Made by a program: the position numbers and the translations under genes
Source of the DNA: Naegleria gruberi
Lineage: Eukaryota
DNA length: 64,000 nt
Assembly (NCBI GenBank): GCA_000004985.1
Contig: GG738927.1
Reading direction: 5' to 3' (one strand)
Part shown: positions 41,040-52,904 of the stretch, piece by piece
Layout: each line of letters opens with the position of its first letter
How positions within the stretch are numbered: the stretch's first letter is position 1
The notes under the pieces: generated by a model
The model's database searches: none
The model's input: only the letters and a program-made list of their open reading frames with translations
What the model was told of the DNA's origin: nothing

Positions 41040-41786
41040 GTGAAAATAACGACAATTTCTCATCATCACACACGATCACCATTAATTTATAAAATCAATA
41101 TAAGGATGGGATCTGCCATATCAACAACACAATCACTTAACGTGACTAAGAAAACAGCCCGTTCTACGAATTATGTAACAGCCAAGAGTGCTACTTTTGA
41201 AGCTCAATCGATAGCAAATCCAACCACCTCGATAGGCAATTTTAATATGATCACCTCGTCAATAGAGTCAGCTCCAGCAAGCACTAATATTAAACAATCA
41301 CCATCAAAGAAAAGACTCTCGCGGCGATTGTTAAACTCTTCAATGAAGAAACAACATACAGATGTCGACTTTAACACACTAGAACAGAACTTGGCATCAA
41401 AAGATTACGGTAATATGGAAGATTATGCACTGACATCACCATCTGACCTGAAATGTTTAAATACCAAATCTCCAACATTGAAGAGATACTGTAAATCATT
41501 CGCCAAGACTCAAATTTCACTATGCCCAATGCCTCTTCCATCTATACACCAAGGATTCGATGTGTCGTCATCTCATGAAGATGAATTACAAACCAATTGT
41601 GAATCCATTGTATCATCATTTAGATCTAATTCCACCTCCTCCTCTTCCCTTCTCTCTTCCCAACAATCGAGTCCTAATTTCTCAGGTTCCATGCTAAAAA
41701 GAATGGAGCTTGACACATACATTGTACACAAGCAAAGAATTGCTGGGAGTGAGGTGCGAGACTTGAAAACCTATCACTTCCCTTAA
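41040..41786 (+). CDS. Hypothetical Ser-rich protein
   Basis: 248-aa ORF. An internal MGSAIS could be an N-myristoylation start. No domain recognised. Confidence 0.25.
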   Translation: MKITTISHHHTRSPLIYKINIRMGSAISTTQSLNVTKKTARSTNYVTAKSATFEAQSIANPTTSIGNFNMITSSIESAPASTNIKQSPSKKRLSRRLLNSSMKKQHTDVDFNTLEQNLASKDYGNMEDYALTSPSDLKCLNTKSPTLKRYCKSFAKTQISLCPMPLPSIHQGFDVSSSHEDELQTNCESIVSSFRSNSTSSSSLLSSQQSSPNFSGSMLKRMELDTYIVHKQRIAGSEVRDLKTYHFP

Positions 41787-42061
41787 AATAAAAATCGAGT
41801 TTATCACCCAAGGCCAAATGAAGTGAATTTTTCCAGTAATCTTAAAGATCTTATGAGTAGTTAGTTTTTTAACAATAAGCAAATGAAAATAAAGTGTTTG
41901 ATAATAAGGAAACAGATTACAAGATGTTTCTTTTGAGCTTGTTCTTCTTTGCATTTTTCTTCTGATAATTAATGCGTCCTCACTCGGCTTGCAAAACTAG
42001 CGCTTCCAACACCCAACCCAAAATTTCTCAGATGAAGTTTTCGAAACAAAAGTAAAAAAAT

Positions 42062-43862
42062 TTGGAATACACAATGCAACAAGATTCAAGTAGTAACAGT
42101 TCTAATGATGAGAATAAATCTCCTCCACCAACATCATCATCAGCATTTGTCACATCATCATCAGAAGCTGGATTGGAGGCTAATTTATCACCAATTTCTT
42201 GTATTTGCTGTAGAAAGGCCCACAAACGTTGCGATCGAAAGTTTCCCTCATGTTCGAAATGCATTCAGAGAGGAGTTGATTGTTTTGTAGGTTTAATTTA
42301 AATTGTATATACTGATTATAAATTAAAGTATAATGAACCTAAAAAGAGAGGAAAAGCCTCGGAAACCTACAGACAAAAGAAGAGAATTAAACAAGATGGA
42401 ACTGAATTAAAGCAAATTGTTCATTACTATTACTCGTACATGGCAGGTGGTTATCCAATTATTGTCAAGGCAAAATTAGAATACTTTATAGATGAATATT
42501 TGACACAAATTGAAAATAATGATGAATTTACAGTTGAAAAGAATCAATATATTACCAGCGAGCAAGAATTGAATGCAATTTATTCATTCTTCTTGGCAAT
42601 CAAGGGTATTTATTTTCAATTGAATGCCAATTTACCAAAAGCATCTGAAACAATTAGTATGTGTGAAGAGTATTTGGGGAAATTGTTGACCAAATCAATG
42701 CAGTTCTACATTTATGCTGCATGTCAAATGGTGGCAGTTTATTATAGTGGAGCAGGGGATCTTTCAAAAGTGAGATTCTATGACACGATGGTGAATTATT
42801 ATTTGAATGGAAATGAGAAAACAGTTTTTGACAAGTATGAGGAGAATATGAGGAAGAGAATGACATGCCTTTCAAAATCATCAACTGATTTCTTGGATGA
42901 ATACTCTGGATTCTTTAAAAAGATGCCAACCTTTTTCGAACATTCAGTTGCCCGTAAGCTTCAGGATTTGTTACTTCCTGGAACTCTTGAATATTTACAG
43001 GTAGCTCCAAAAACATTAGAAGGTTATGCATTCTTCAAAAAGGTCACAGAATTTACATACAGAGTTATGGGGCAATATCATAACGATATTATTAAGGAAA
43101 TGAAGGATTGCCATACGAACGATTTTTTCAAATTCGAACAAGTGCACAAAACTATTATGTATTTTGGATTTCACCTGTACTATCTGAATGCAATACCCTA
43201 TATAACACCTCAACTTGAAGAAGTAGCTCTCAAAATAACAGTTTCCACTGAAAGTGAATATTTCAAGTAAGTTTAGTTGATTTGCAAATAATTTAACTCT
43301 CAAAAGCTACGCCATTCCAGAGGTGCTTATTTCAGTGAAAGGTGCAGCTCAAGTTCATTTAGACATTTGTAAAGAAATAGAGTCTGGAAAGAGACAAAAC
43401 AATTCTACACTTCAAACAGATGGAAAAATACTAACTTTGGATTATTATTCGGTGCTGGAAAAGGATGTCAATGCTCTTACATCGTTACAGAAAAAGTACC
43501 CAAACAGAGTGGCTGATCTGTGTGAAGATTTACTGGCAAACATGAGAAATTTATTAAGAGCTCACAATGAAAGACTGATAAGATTTTCCACACAGTTCAT
43601 TGAAGAAAATGATTTGGAACCAATTGCCAATAATGAACATTGTAACAGTGATTGTTATAGTGATCAATCCAATGATTTGACACGTTCAGATGAGACGGTT
43701 AATTGTACTGAAGGACCAGCAAAGTGGAATTCTCTCATTCACTATTTGGAAGCTATTGATGGAGAATTAGGCAATGTATCAGGCAATAACAGTACCACCG
43801 AAAATACAGATTTCATACCATCAAATGATAATGAGCTAGACCTTGATCAGTTCATAATTTAA
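42062..43862 (+). CDS. Zn(II)2Cys6 binuclear-cluster (GAL4-type) transcription factor, paralog A. Three exons: about 42062..42286, 42329..43266 and 43307..43862.
   Basis: Exon 1 ends CICCRKAHKRCDRKFPSCSKCIQRGVDCF (CX2CX6CX5CX2CX6C). The intron, GTAGGT...AAAG, sits right after the cluster. Exon 2 starts YNEPKKRGKASE, giving the GAL4-like 'C-x-Y-x-x-K-x-K-R' linker, and ends ...TESEYF. Exon 3 reads YAIPEVLISVKGAAQVHLDICKEIESGK...WNSLIHYLEAIDGELGN followed by an acidic tail. Confidence 0.7.
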
Positions 43863-44105
43863 ATTTCTGAAGAACTTTATACTTCCTTAGCGGACGTAAA
43901 AACAACAATTTAGCAAAGATATGTGTGGAATGAATTACCCTTATAACCTCCTTAGTACTGTAGAGTTCTGCAACATTTAATAAAAAATTTCCACTTTCGC
44001 TTGGAAACCGGTTATTGATTTCATTTAAGCTATTCACACGTATAATAATAATCAAACCACAATCGAATTAAATAGCCACAGTTCCCGCCACAAATCCAAA
44101 AAAAA

Positions 44106-45251
44106 ATGACAGAACCAGCAGCCAAGAAGATGAAGATCACACCACAACAAGAACATTCCATCAACTCCATTCCAGATGATGTGTTTAGTCACAAGATTTT
44201 CCCATTCCTCTCCGGAAATGATTTATTTAACAATCAAAGATTGGTTTGTTCATCATGGAATAATCGGGTGCTTGCTACCAGATGTTCCATTAGAGTTTGT
44301 TTGACTGATGAAGAATCTATCCGAAAGTTTATTGCTAGTGCAGAGGGAGGTTTATTCAAGAATGTTGTTGGTCTTGTTTTGAGAGCAGAAGGTTTTGGAT
44401 CAACATCATTTGAAAAGATTGTTAATCTTGATTGGCCATGTTTGACAGCATTGGATGTGTCAGATAATGATATTGGCAGTGCTGGTATTGAACAATTATC
44501 GAAGGGTAATATTAAAGGACTCACCTCATTGAAGATATTTAACAATAATATTGGTGAGGAGGGTGCTAAATTTGTATTGAGTGGTAATTTGAGTGGATTG
44601 ACCACATTGAATTATCAAAGTGTGGCTAGAAAGGGACAAGATAAGTTTTTTGCCATGACTGATCACTTTTGTGGAGATACTCCTTTTACTGTACATAGTT
44701 TTGATAACAGTGATGAATTCACTGAATATATCTTTAAATATTACCTTGATTATTGGAAACACTATGGAAGTGACTCATTGGATCTTGATGATTATGAACA
44801 AGAGGATGATGAAGAACCAAATGAACCAATTTTGAGAGAAAAAGTTTATGCATTGACATTTGGCAAAATTGCTGACATGGCAGTTAATGAAGTTGGTGGA
44901 ATGGTTTTCAATGAATGTGAAAGAGAGAGTATTGTTGCTACCATCTATGGACAAGAGCTTACTGCAGAACTTTTGAGTAACTCTGATGAGTCAACTCCAT
45001 TTGTTATGGATATAAAATCTTCCTGTAACCATGAAACGATACAAATTATTGGAAAGTCCAAGTTTTTGAAACATGTTGCAGAATACTTGGGTGGTGAAGA
45101 TGAGGACGAAGATGAGCAAAGTGATGAAAAACTATTCGAAAGGATTTCTCAAAAGATTGGAGAAAATATTGCTTCTGATGATGGTGACGAATGCCTTGTA
45201 GCAGTTTGCATTGGTGAAGTTATCAATTGTGAATTTGTCTTACTCAAGTAA
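44106..45251 (+). CDS. F-box/LRR protein with an acidic C-terminus
   Basis: F-box-like IPDDVFSHKIFPFLSGNDLFNNQRLVCSSWNNRVL. RNI-like LRRs (DNDIGSAGIEQLSKGNIKGLTSLKIFNNNIGEEGAKF). D/E-rich tail. Confidence 0.6.
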   Translation: MTEPAAKKMKITPQQEHSINSIPDDVFSHKIFPFLSGNDLFNNQRLVCSSWNNRVLATRCSIRVCLTDEESIRKFIASAEGGLFKNVVGLVLRAEGFGSTSFEKIVNLDWPCLTALDVSDNDIGSAGIEQLSKGNIKGLTSLKIFNNNIGEEGAKFVLSGNLSGLTTLNYQSVARKGQDKFFAMTDHFCGDTPFTVHSFDNSDEFTEYIFKYYLDYWKHYGSDSLDLDDYEQEDDEEPNEPILREKVYALTFGKIADMAVNEVGGMVFNECERESIVATIYGQELTAELLSNSDESTPFVMDIKSSCNHETIQIIGKSKFLKHVAEYLGGEDEDEDEQSDEKLFERISQKIGENIASDDGDECLVAVCIGEVINCEFVLLK

Positions 45252-45287
45252 GAATCTAATAAATAATAATATCATTTATTGAACTAA

Positions 45288-46022
45288 TTACCACTGAATG
45301 ACTTCTGGATTTTCTGCTTGACCTTCCAAATTGAAAAAACCACCAGTGACACCATCATCCTTAATAAGTGCCATCCTGACAATAACTTTAGCACCTTCTT
45401 GTGGAGTCTTTGTTCCCTGATAACCATTTAATTCAGTGGCACAATAGCCAGGACAAGTGGCATTTACCTTAATGTTAAATTCTGCAAATTTTTGAGAGTA
45501 GATTATGGTTAACATGTTGAGAGCAGATTTGGTAATTGTATAAGTAGTGTACAATTTTTGAGGAGAGTTTGGTAATTGGGCAACTGCTAATGATCCAAGA
45601 GTTGATGAAACATTGACAATTCTTGGATGTTTGGATTGTTCCAGTAATTCCTTGAATTCATCCATAATGATAGCAACAGCAGCAACATTGACTGAATAAA
45701 TATCAAGATATGAATCTCTAAGAGATGGATCCTTCTTTGGTGATGAAGCAACAGCAGCATTATTAATCAAAATATCAATCTTTCCATATTTTTCCTTAAT
45801 TGTCTTTTTCAAATCAAAAATTGATTGATCTGATGCAAGATCAAGAGGTAAATATTCATAAGAGATTCCTTCTTCCTTCAATTGTGTAAATGCTTGTTCA
45901 TTTGGAGATCTAGCAGTTACAATAATATGAATTGACTCATTGTAAAACTTTTCCTTTCCCAATTGAAGAGCAACTTGCAAACCAATTCCTTTAGTACCTC
46001 CAGTGACTAATGCAATAACCAT
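45288..46022 (-). CDS. Short-chain dehydrogenase/reductase (classical SDR, carbonyl-reductase-like)
   Basis: The ATG at about 46022 gives MVIALVTGGTKGIGLQVA (TGxxxGxG). NNAAV (NNAG-like) and the catalytic YTITKSALN (YxxxK) are present. Confidence 0.8.
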   Translation of the reverse strand: MVIALVTGGTKGIGLQVALQLGKEKFYNESIHIIVTARSPNEQAFTQLKEEGISYEYLPLDLASDQSIFDLKKTIKEKYGKIDILINNAAVASSPKKDPSLRDSYLDIYSVNVAAVAIIMDEFKELLEQSKHPRIVNVSSTLGSLAVAQLPNSPQKLYTTYTITKSALNMLTIIYSQKFAEFNIKVNATCPGYCATELNGYQGTKTPQEGAKVIVRMALIKDDGVTGGFFNLEGQAENPEVIQW

Positions 46023-46492
46023 TTTTTTCAATTTTCTTTTTGTTCTTTTTGTTTTTATGAAACTAATCAAATTCTGACTTTCGTTTTATTTATACATGAA
46101 ATTTGTCCTTGTTGAATAGGATAAATTGATGCGCAAGCATTTTTTGGTTGTAAACTATATTATGTGCGCTTTGATGATAAAATTGAATGGATAATCAAAA
46201 CTGTAGTTGTTAGTTTTGTTTTGTTTACAAAAACTCAATTAGTTTCAGGTATTTCTAGTGAAATATTCAAGTTAAAAAACATGACAACAAAAAGTTGGCT
46301 CCTCCCAAATGGAGAATTAAACTAAATAAGCTCCACTAACTAAAACAGTTACCTAACCAAATACCCTCCCATCATTCACTTAAAAACCAACTTTTGCTTC
46401 ACCTTTCCTCTGTCCACAACCAAAACTTCAACTCGACCTCAAAATCTGTCAAGAAAACATTGACTTAAGAATCCCTCAATTTTACAAAAAAA

Positions 46493-48271
46493 ATGTCCTC
46501 AAGCACAACTTCATCCTCAGAGCAGTTATTACCACCATCAACATCATCTTTGACATCAACATCAGCAACAACAACATCATTATCCACAATCAGTTGTGAA
46601 TCTTGTCGACATTCCCATAAGAAATGCGATAGACAACTTCCTTCGTGTACTAAATGTTCAAAGAAGGGAATTGAATGTAATGTAAGCTTTGAAATAATAA
46701 TTAGCATATTCGAATATATATTTAATAAAAGTATTCGGAGCCTAAAAAGAGAGGAAAAGCCTCAGATGCCTATAAAAAGAATAAGAAACAAAAAACTGAT
46801 TTTCCTCATCAGAATCAAATTGCACAATCATCACATGAAGATTTAATTCAACAAGTGAGTGAATTTTACTTTACATTTGTGTGTTCGGGATATCCTGTGC
46901 TTGATAAGACGAAATTGGAATATTTCACGAATGAATATTTGACCAAGTTTGAGAATGGAGAACATGTTGAATTGATTGCTAATGATTTTATTCATTCAGA
47001 GGAGGAATTACAATTGCTCTATGTTTTATTCTTGTCAATGAAGGCAATTTATTATCAATTTCATTATGAATTGGATATTGCTGAAGAAATTATGAAGAAA
47101 TGTGAAAAGTTGCTGGGACAATATTTAACACAATCATTCAATTTCTATATTTATGCATCTTGTCAGTTGGTTGCTGTTTATTATAGTGGTATTGGTGATT
47201 TGTCAAGGCTTAAATTTTATGAAACTTTGGTGAATTTTTATTTAAATCATTTGACAGGAAATACTTTTGACTTGTATGAAAAGAATTTGGAAAGAAGAGC
47301 TGCTTTTGTTTCTGGTATCACTAATGATATGGCAACTGATGGTGTTTCATCATTTATTGAAAGAGTTCCAAAGATTTTCCAAGTCACAGTGGATCAAAAG
47401 CTAGACAATATTTTACTTCCTGGAACTTTGGAGTATATTCGTACAGCACCTGCCACTACTCAAAACTATGCCTTCTTCAGACAGGTGTTAGAGTTTGTGT
47501 TTAAAGTAATTGGTCAATTCAGAGCTGAATATTGTTCCAGGTTGACATTTTGCAACACAGAAACAGCATTGAAATTTGCACAAGTTAATAGACATTTGAT
47601 TTATTGTGGATTTCATATGCAATATCTCACAAGAATGCCAAGTATGGCAAATGAATTGGAAGAATTGGCTCTCAAAGTTTCTTGCATTACAGAATCCGAA
47701 TACTTCAGGTTAGTTTCAATAATCAATATATATATCTCACAGTTGAATCAGGTATTGCTCTGCTGAAATGATTGGTTGTGTAAAAACAGCTGCTGAAATA
47801 CATTTGCGTATCTGTAAACAAATTGAGAATGGAAGCAGAAGAAATAATGCACCTCTCATAACAACAACAGGAAAATCATTGAATATTGATTATTACGCGA
47901 TATTGGAAAAGGATTTGAATGCACTTACATGTATGGAAAAGAAATTCAAACGAGTTAGTATGGTGTGTGGAACTTTAATTCAGGAAATTAGAATTACATT
48001 ACAAAATCATTACAATATGCAAGTCAATACTTTAAATCTTGCCACTGCACAAGCTCTTCGATTACCTACCATCATTGCCCAACAACAGCAACATCAACAA
48101 CATCAGCAGCAACACACCTCTCCACAAAGTTCGCACGAGGGTGATGATAAATGGATGTCCCTTATTAAATATTTGGAAGCAATTAAGGAGAGAATTGGAA
48201 ATCAACCTTCTGAAGAACCAGAAGAGACCGATGATGATGCCTTCTTAGATTTTGATTCACTTACCAATTAG
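46493..48271 (+). CDS. Zn(II)2Cys6 transcription factor, paralog B. Three exons: about 46493..46681, 46732..47708 and 47752..48271.
   Basis: CESCRHSHKKCDRQLPSCTKCSKKGIECN | YSEPKKRGKASDAY...GYPVLDKTKLEYF...YIYASCQLVAVYYSGIGDLSRLKFYETLVNFYL...ESEYFR | YCSAEMIGCVKTAAEIHLRICKQIENGSRR...WMSLIKYLEAIKERIGN. The intron positions and phases are the same as in paralogs A and C. Confidence 0.7.
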
Positions 48272-48293
48272 AGAATTCAATATTAAATTATAT

Positions 48294-49844
48294 TTATTTC
48301 TTAAGAACTTGTAAAAGAGATTCGAATACTTTTTCATCAAGAACAATTCCAATGTGAGAAGTGTTGAAAAACCTATGTTGATACACGGCATGTTTTTGAT
48401 ATTTTGCAAACTCATCACAAATTTGGAGAGAATAGGCAGGAACTGTTCCATCCCCATCTTCAATATTTAACACTTTCATTCCTTTCCACAAGTCATCAAA
48501 GTCCAAATCATGCAACTCCTTAGAACCCGAATATTCCATATGAGTAATAGTATGAACACCATAACCATAAAAGCAGTGAGTGGTTACATTTGGAGCGGCA
48601 ATCTTGTTATTGGAATAGGCAGAAAATTCATGATTGTAAATGTTAATGCCATTTGCAATTTGGGCATCTGAAAAGTATCTTTCAATATCTGGAAGATTAA
48701 TTCTATAACTTGGTCCAGACACATTATTTCTATTATAGGTAAAGAATGGGTAATTGTAAGGGAAATAATTTGGTGACATGAACAATGGAGAAGCATATTG
48801 GCGAACAATTTTTCTAGCATTAGAGAGCTCAAAGGTTGGAATTCCCCAATTTGTACCAGTTACATATAAAATCTGAATTGAATGTGAAAATTATTGTAAA
48901 GAATATTGTAACAAATCAATTGAAAAACTTACCAAAGCAAGTGGAGAACCATCAAAAGCACCTGCCATTGGAATGAAATTATCAATGAATTTCTCCTTCC
49001 ATGGTTGATCCACAAAAGTAGCCAAAAAGTATTGCAAGAATGGACCACCCATCGAATGTCCCAAAAGTGAAACTTTCTTATTTCCATTAATCTTGTAAGT
49101 GTCTTCAACTAATTCTTTCAAATTAAAGAAATCACCGCCAATAGAATTGTTTCTACTGGCCCATTCTCTCACACCCAATCTCCAATCCATTGTTAACCCT
49201 CTCAAACTCTTTCCAATTTGATAATTTCCATTCTGTACCAAATAATCAGATAAACTCTTCATGTAATAAGCCTTACTTTCGAATTGTGCTAAAACTGATT
49301 CTAAACCACCCATTCCACCAATATCCTTTCCAAAAATCTTTACACCTTGATCTTTTTGTCTCAATAAACCATCTTTCAATTCAATAGACATGTCATGAAC
49401 GAAACAATCTTCAGTAAAGTATGGAACTAGCTCTTCCAAAGAAATCCAAATTTGGAATGGATCAGTTGACTTTTCACACCACCAATGAGGCTCCTTCACA
49501 GCATTATTTCTCTGAGACATGAGTGCTGAACCACCCAATCCTCCCACAATAATCAATGGTGAGAAATTTCCATTCACATCTGCACCTTTCATCTTGCCTG
49601 AAATTCTTGATGACTTTACAGCTGACTTTTGAGCAATGAATTTCTCATCTTGATACATGGAAAACAATTGACCAATCTCTACATTATCTCTCTTAACCAA
49701 TTTTCGAAGATTTTCTTCCTTGATCGGAATGGAAAATCTTCCCATCATTTTGTTATTCATTGCTTGATGACTTTTGACCATCATTACCATGAACATGATG
49801 CAAATGGACAATACACAACAATAACCAATCCTCACACCTTGCAT
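48294..49844 (-). CDS. LCAT-family lipase / phospholipase (LCAT/PLA2G15-like). Two exons: about 49844..48933 and 48872..48294.
   Basis: Signal/TM helix MQGVRIGYCCVLSICIMFMVMMV. Then PLIIVGGLGGSAL...HWWCEKSTDPFQIWISLEEL...YYMKSLSDYLVQNGNYQIGKSLRGLTMDWRL...KVSLLGHSMGGPFLQYFL (GHSxG nucleophile elbow) ...FIPMAGAFDGSPLAL | ILYVTGTNWGIP...DGDGTVPAYS. The order parallels human LCAT. The intron signals are TTG|GTAAGT...TTCAG. Confidence 0.8.
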
Positions 49845-50107
49845 GTTGCTAATTTTCCTGTTATTAGTATTGTGTGTAGTGAACAACGGAGTGTCACGAT
49901 TTACTTCTATTTTTTTCTTGGATGATAATTGGAAGGAAGGACAGCAAATTGTTGGTTGATTTGAAAGTGGAAACCCGATGGAAGGACGATTGATCCATCC
50001 GGATAATGAGGAGTCTGTTTTAGTGAAACTCCCAACTGAAATCAATGACCATTCTTGGAAGATGATTAAGCATGATGATTTTGTTAAACATTTTAAGATT
50101 TTGTTTA

Positions 50108-51829
50108 TTATTCGTTCTTTTGCTTTGATTTTGAATAGCAGCAAATGAGTTTTGACATTTTGATAGTGAAATAAATGATAATACCATAGAATAGAATGAT
50201 ATCCAGACAATAGAATTGCCACCATGTCAAGTGCTTATCTGCAACTCCCCATGATAAATCACCATCCACTTCAGAGACTAATTCCACAATCTCAGCAGCT
50301 CTGCTCACTCCTCCAGATCTTCTTGTCAGTGCCTTAGCATGTCTAGCGGCTGTTTTGTACTTGTCACTTGTCTGTTCATCATATAAAAGCTCATGAACTG
50401 CCTTTGAGATGCTATTGATATTCCAATCTGAGGATTCCTTCTTTGAATGGTAAATGGAACGACCCACTTTGAATTCCTCAATGGCATGTGAAACTCTCAT
50501 TTGATCATAGGCAAATGGGAATCCAATTAGTAATTTTCCAAAATAGAGAGCTTCATTGACACTATTAGCTCCGCAATGTGTGAAGAAAATCTTGACCTTT
50601 TCCAAAGATAGTAATCCCTTTTGAGGAACGAATCCTTTCAATATTTTGAATCTCTTTGAATTAGTTTTGAACAAATCATGGAATGAAAGTCTTTCAAATA
50701 TTTCCATATTGAGATTTCCAAGTGCCATCAAGATTGAAATTCTTGGATTTTCATTTAAGGTAATTTGAAGTCCTTCCAATAACTTTTTCATTCCATTTTC
50801 ATCCAAAACCATTGTAGATCCGAGAACCATTAACATGATATCTTCCTGCTCATCAATCCAATTGAAAAGATCTCCCATTCCAGAACTCGAATCATTGGAA
50901 TGAGCTAATTTTCTTAGAGTTTCAATTTCATCATTAATTTGTTTCTCATTCATGAATGGACCCACAAGATGAGCATTGAAATATTGAGTATTTCCAGAGG
51001 CAAATTCAAATCCATAACTGGAAGTTTGAATTAGGGCACATTGGCTATCACTTGCAATGATTTCATTCATCTCAAAATATTCACCCAAATTTTCCATGAA
51101 TGCTTTGGCATAGAATACATCCTGAATGGCAACGAATGGCATATAGAAACGATTAGGATATTTAGTGAAATAATCCAATGAATTGGCAATGATTCCAGGA
51201 TAGTGCAACATGAATTGTCTGAAAAAGGCAGTGAAAATTTTCGTACATGGAATTTTGCTTCCTGCAATGATGGATTGAATGGAAATTAAGGTAAAATCAA
51301 TAACTGCTTGGTCAAATAAGGTCTGTGAAGGATCATTTCTAATTCTCAAATATCTCTTAATTCCAGGTTTTGCAATTTTTGATAATTTTTGTAAACGTTC
51401 CTCAAATGAAATGACATTTTCAATTTCTCCGCTTTCCTTCCAAACTTCCACAATTTCCAATTTTGAAATCATTAATCGTTCATAGGGAATCATCATTCTA
51501 TCAAATGTAAACTTGAATTGATCCAAAATATCCATATCAATCATTTTACTCATTTCTCTATGAAATTCTTCAAAATCCTCAACTTGAGTAAAGAAAACAT
51601 CCTTAGATTCCATTAAAGAAACATGAATCTTTCTCTCTGACTCCGAAATATTCAGTTTTGAATGCCATTTCTTCATTCTTGAATCTGATAACAATCCCAT
51701 TTTGGAATTCAATATTGTAATGTTTGAAATTGTCAATGATTGAGAAAGTTTTTCAACTAATTCAACCTTTGGTCGGATGTGACCGGGAAATGGATGAGAT
51801 AGAATCAATATATTCTTATTATTCATCAT
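50108..51829 (-). CDS. UDP-glycosyltransferase (GT1 family, UGT-like) with a C-terminal TM anchor
   Basis: UGT signature FFTHCGANSVNEALYFGKLLIGFPFAYDQ. N-terminal ILILSHPFPGHIRP is the GT1 N-lobe motif. C-terminal helix WWQFYCLDIILFYGIIIYF. The ORF in the track starts at an upstream TTG; the first ATG is about 51829. Confidence 0.75.
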   Translation of the reverse strand: MMNNKNILILSHPFPGHIRPKVELVEKLSQSLTISNITILNSKMGLLSDSRMKKWHSKLNISESERKIHVSLMESKDVFFTQVEDFEEFHREMSKMIDMDILDQFKFTFDRMMIPYERLMISKLEIVEVWKESGEIENVISFEERLQKLSKIAKPGIKRYLRIRNDPSQTLFDQAVIDFTLISIQSIIAGSKIPCTKIFTAFFRQFMLHYPGIIANSLDYFTKYPNRFYMPFVAIQDVFYAKAFMENLGEYFEMNEIIASDSQCALIQTSSYGFEFASGNTQYFNAHLVGPFMNEKQINDEIETLRKLAHSNDSSSGMGDLFNWIDEQEDIMLMVLGSTMVLDENGMKKLLEGLQITLNENPRISILMALGNLNMEIFERLSFHDLFKTNSKRFKILKGFVPQKGLLSLEKVKIFFTHCGANSVNEALYFGKLLIGFPFAYDQMRVSHAIEEFKVGRSIYHSKKESSDWNINSISKAVHELLYDEQTSDKYKTAARHAKALTRRSGGVSRAAEIVELVSEVDGDLSWGVADKHLTWWQFYCLDIILFYGIIIYFTIKMSKLICCYSKSKQKNE

Positions 51830-52904
51830 TATTTCTATCAAATATTTATTAATATTTAATAAATATTAAATTAATACTATTTACCATTCTTGCAATTTAT
51901 ATGTGAAATTAAAGCTAATAGCAAAAGGAATGTAATAAGCATTCCGATTGCTTTCGTAGGTAAATTATAGGTCCTCATGTAATGCTATTTTTTTGAAAAT
52001 TTCTTTTTGATTGAAAACGAGAACCAACAATAACTATTCAATACCATGTCGTTCAATTACTAGAAATGGAATAATTGAGAAATGTGAGATTAATCCACCA
52101 TTTGAATTTAGGTTTCATGTCCATTAAGAAATGAGAAGGATGTGGACTATATATCTGGTTTCTTAGTAATAACCAAGATATGCATTGGGATGTGAACTAT
52201 TGACTGATTTCTGCATATGTGTCTACACATTTCTACACATGCATCAGTTGATCATGATTTTTTTTTTGAATACATTCTTCAAATTACAACAGGTAGCATC
52301 CATGCACATGTGCAGATGTTTCTTCACTCCACTTGAAACATGTTGTTTTGAATGTTGAAAAGCAATGCAGCAACAACGTACTACTGATTGAAAACAACAC
52401 TCACCGTATGAATAACCTCCAATGATACATATGAAAATTGATACAACAACCGTAATAATCAAATACTGTTCCTTATGGACATTACTGTCGATCAAAACAA
52501 CACCTTATTCAAATCCAATTAAATATTGAAAGCTATTCTTATTCAAAAGCAAATGAATGATCAAGACAACACACTTCAATAAATTGGCACTTTATAAATG
52601 GTTGACCTTAATTGTGAGATACTGCTTTCCTTTCTGAGTAAACGAGTGCAAAACTCTTTAAAAAACACATGTGTTTATTTGTTCTTTCAGAGCGTGAGAA
52701 AATAGCATGTTTGTAACATGAGATGTGGAATGACATCATGTGAATGTGTAGACATTACTGGTTGTGTTTAATTTAACTTTCACATGATGTCATTCCAAAA
52801 CACATTCCAAATGCCTCTGGATTCAGAAACATAGCTAAATAAAATGTTCACTAATTGATTTCATAAAGCACGTTTATTAATAAACGTGATGTCAAAGGAA
52901 TAAA

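Noticed and set aside
52244-52495. 83-aa Cys-rich ORF (…GECCFQSVVRCCCIAFQ…) with a hydrophobic N-terminus
   Set aside because: It is isolated in a moderately GC-rich intergenic block. There is no recognisable Cys-motif family. The only candidate intron would be about 23 nt, which is too short. It is possibly spurious and is not annotated as a feature.
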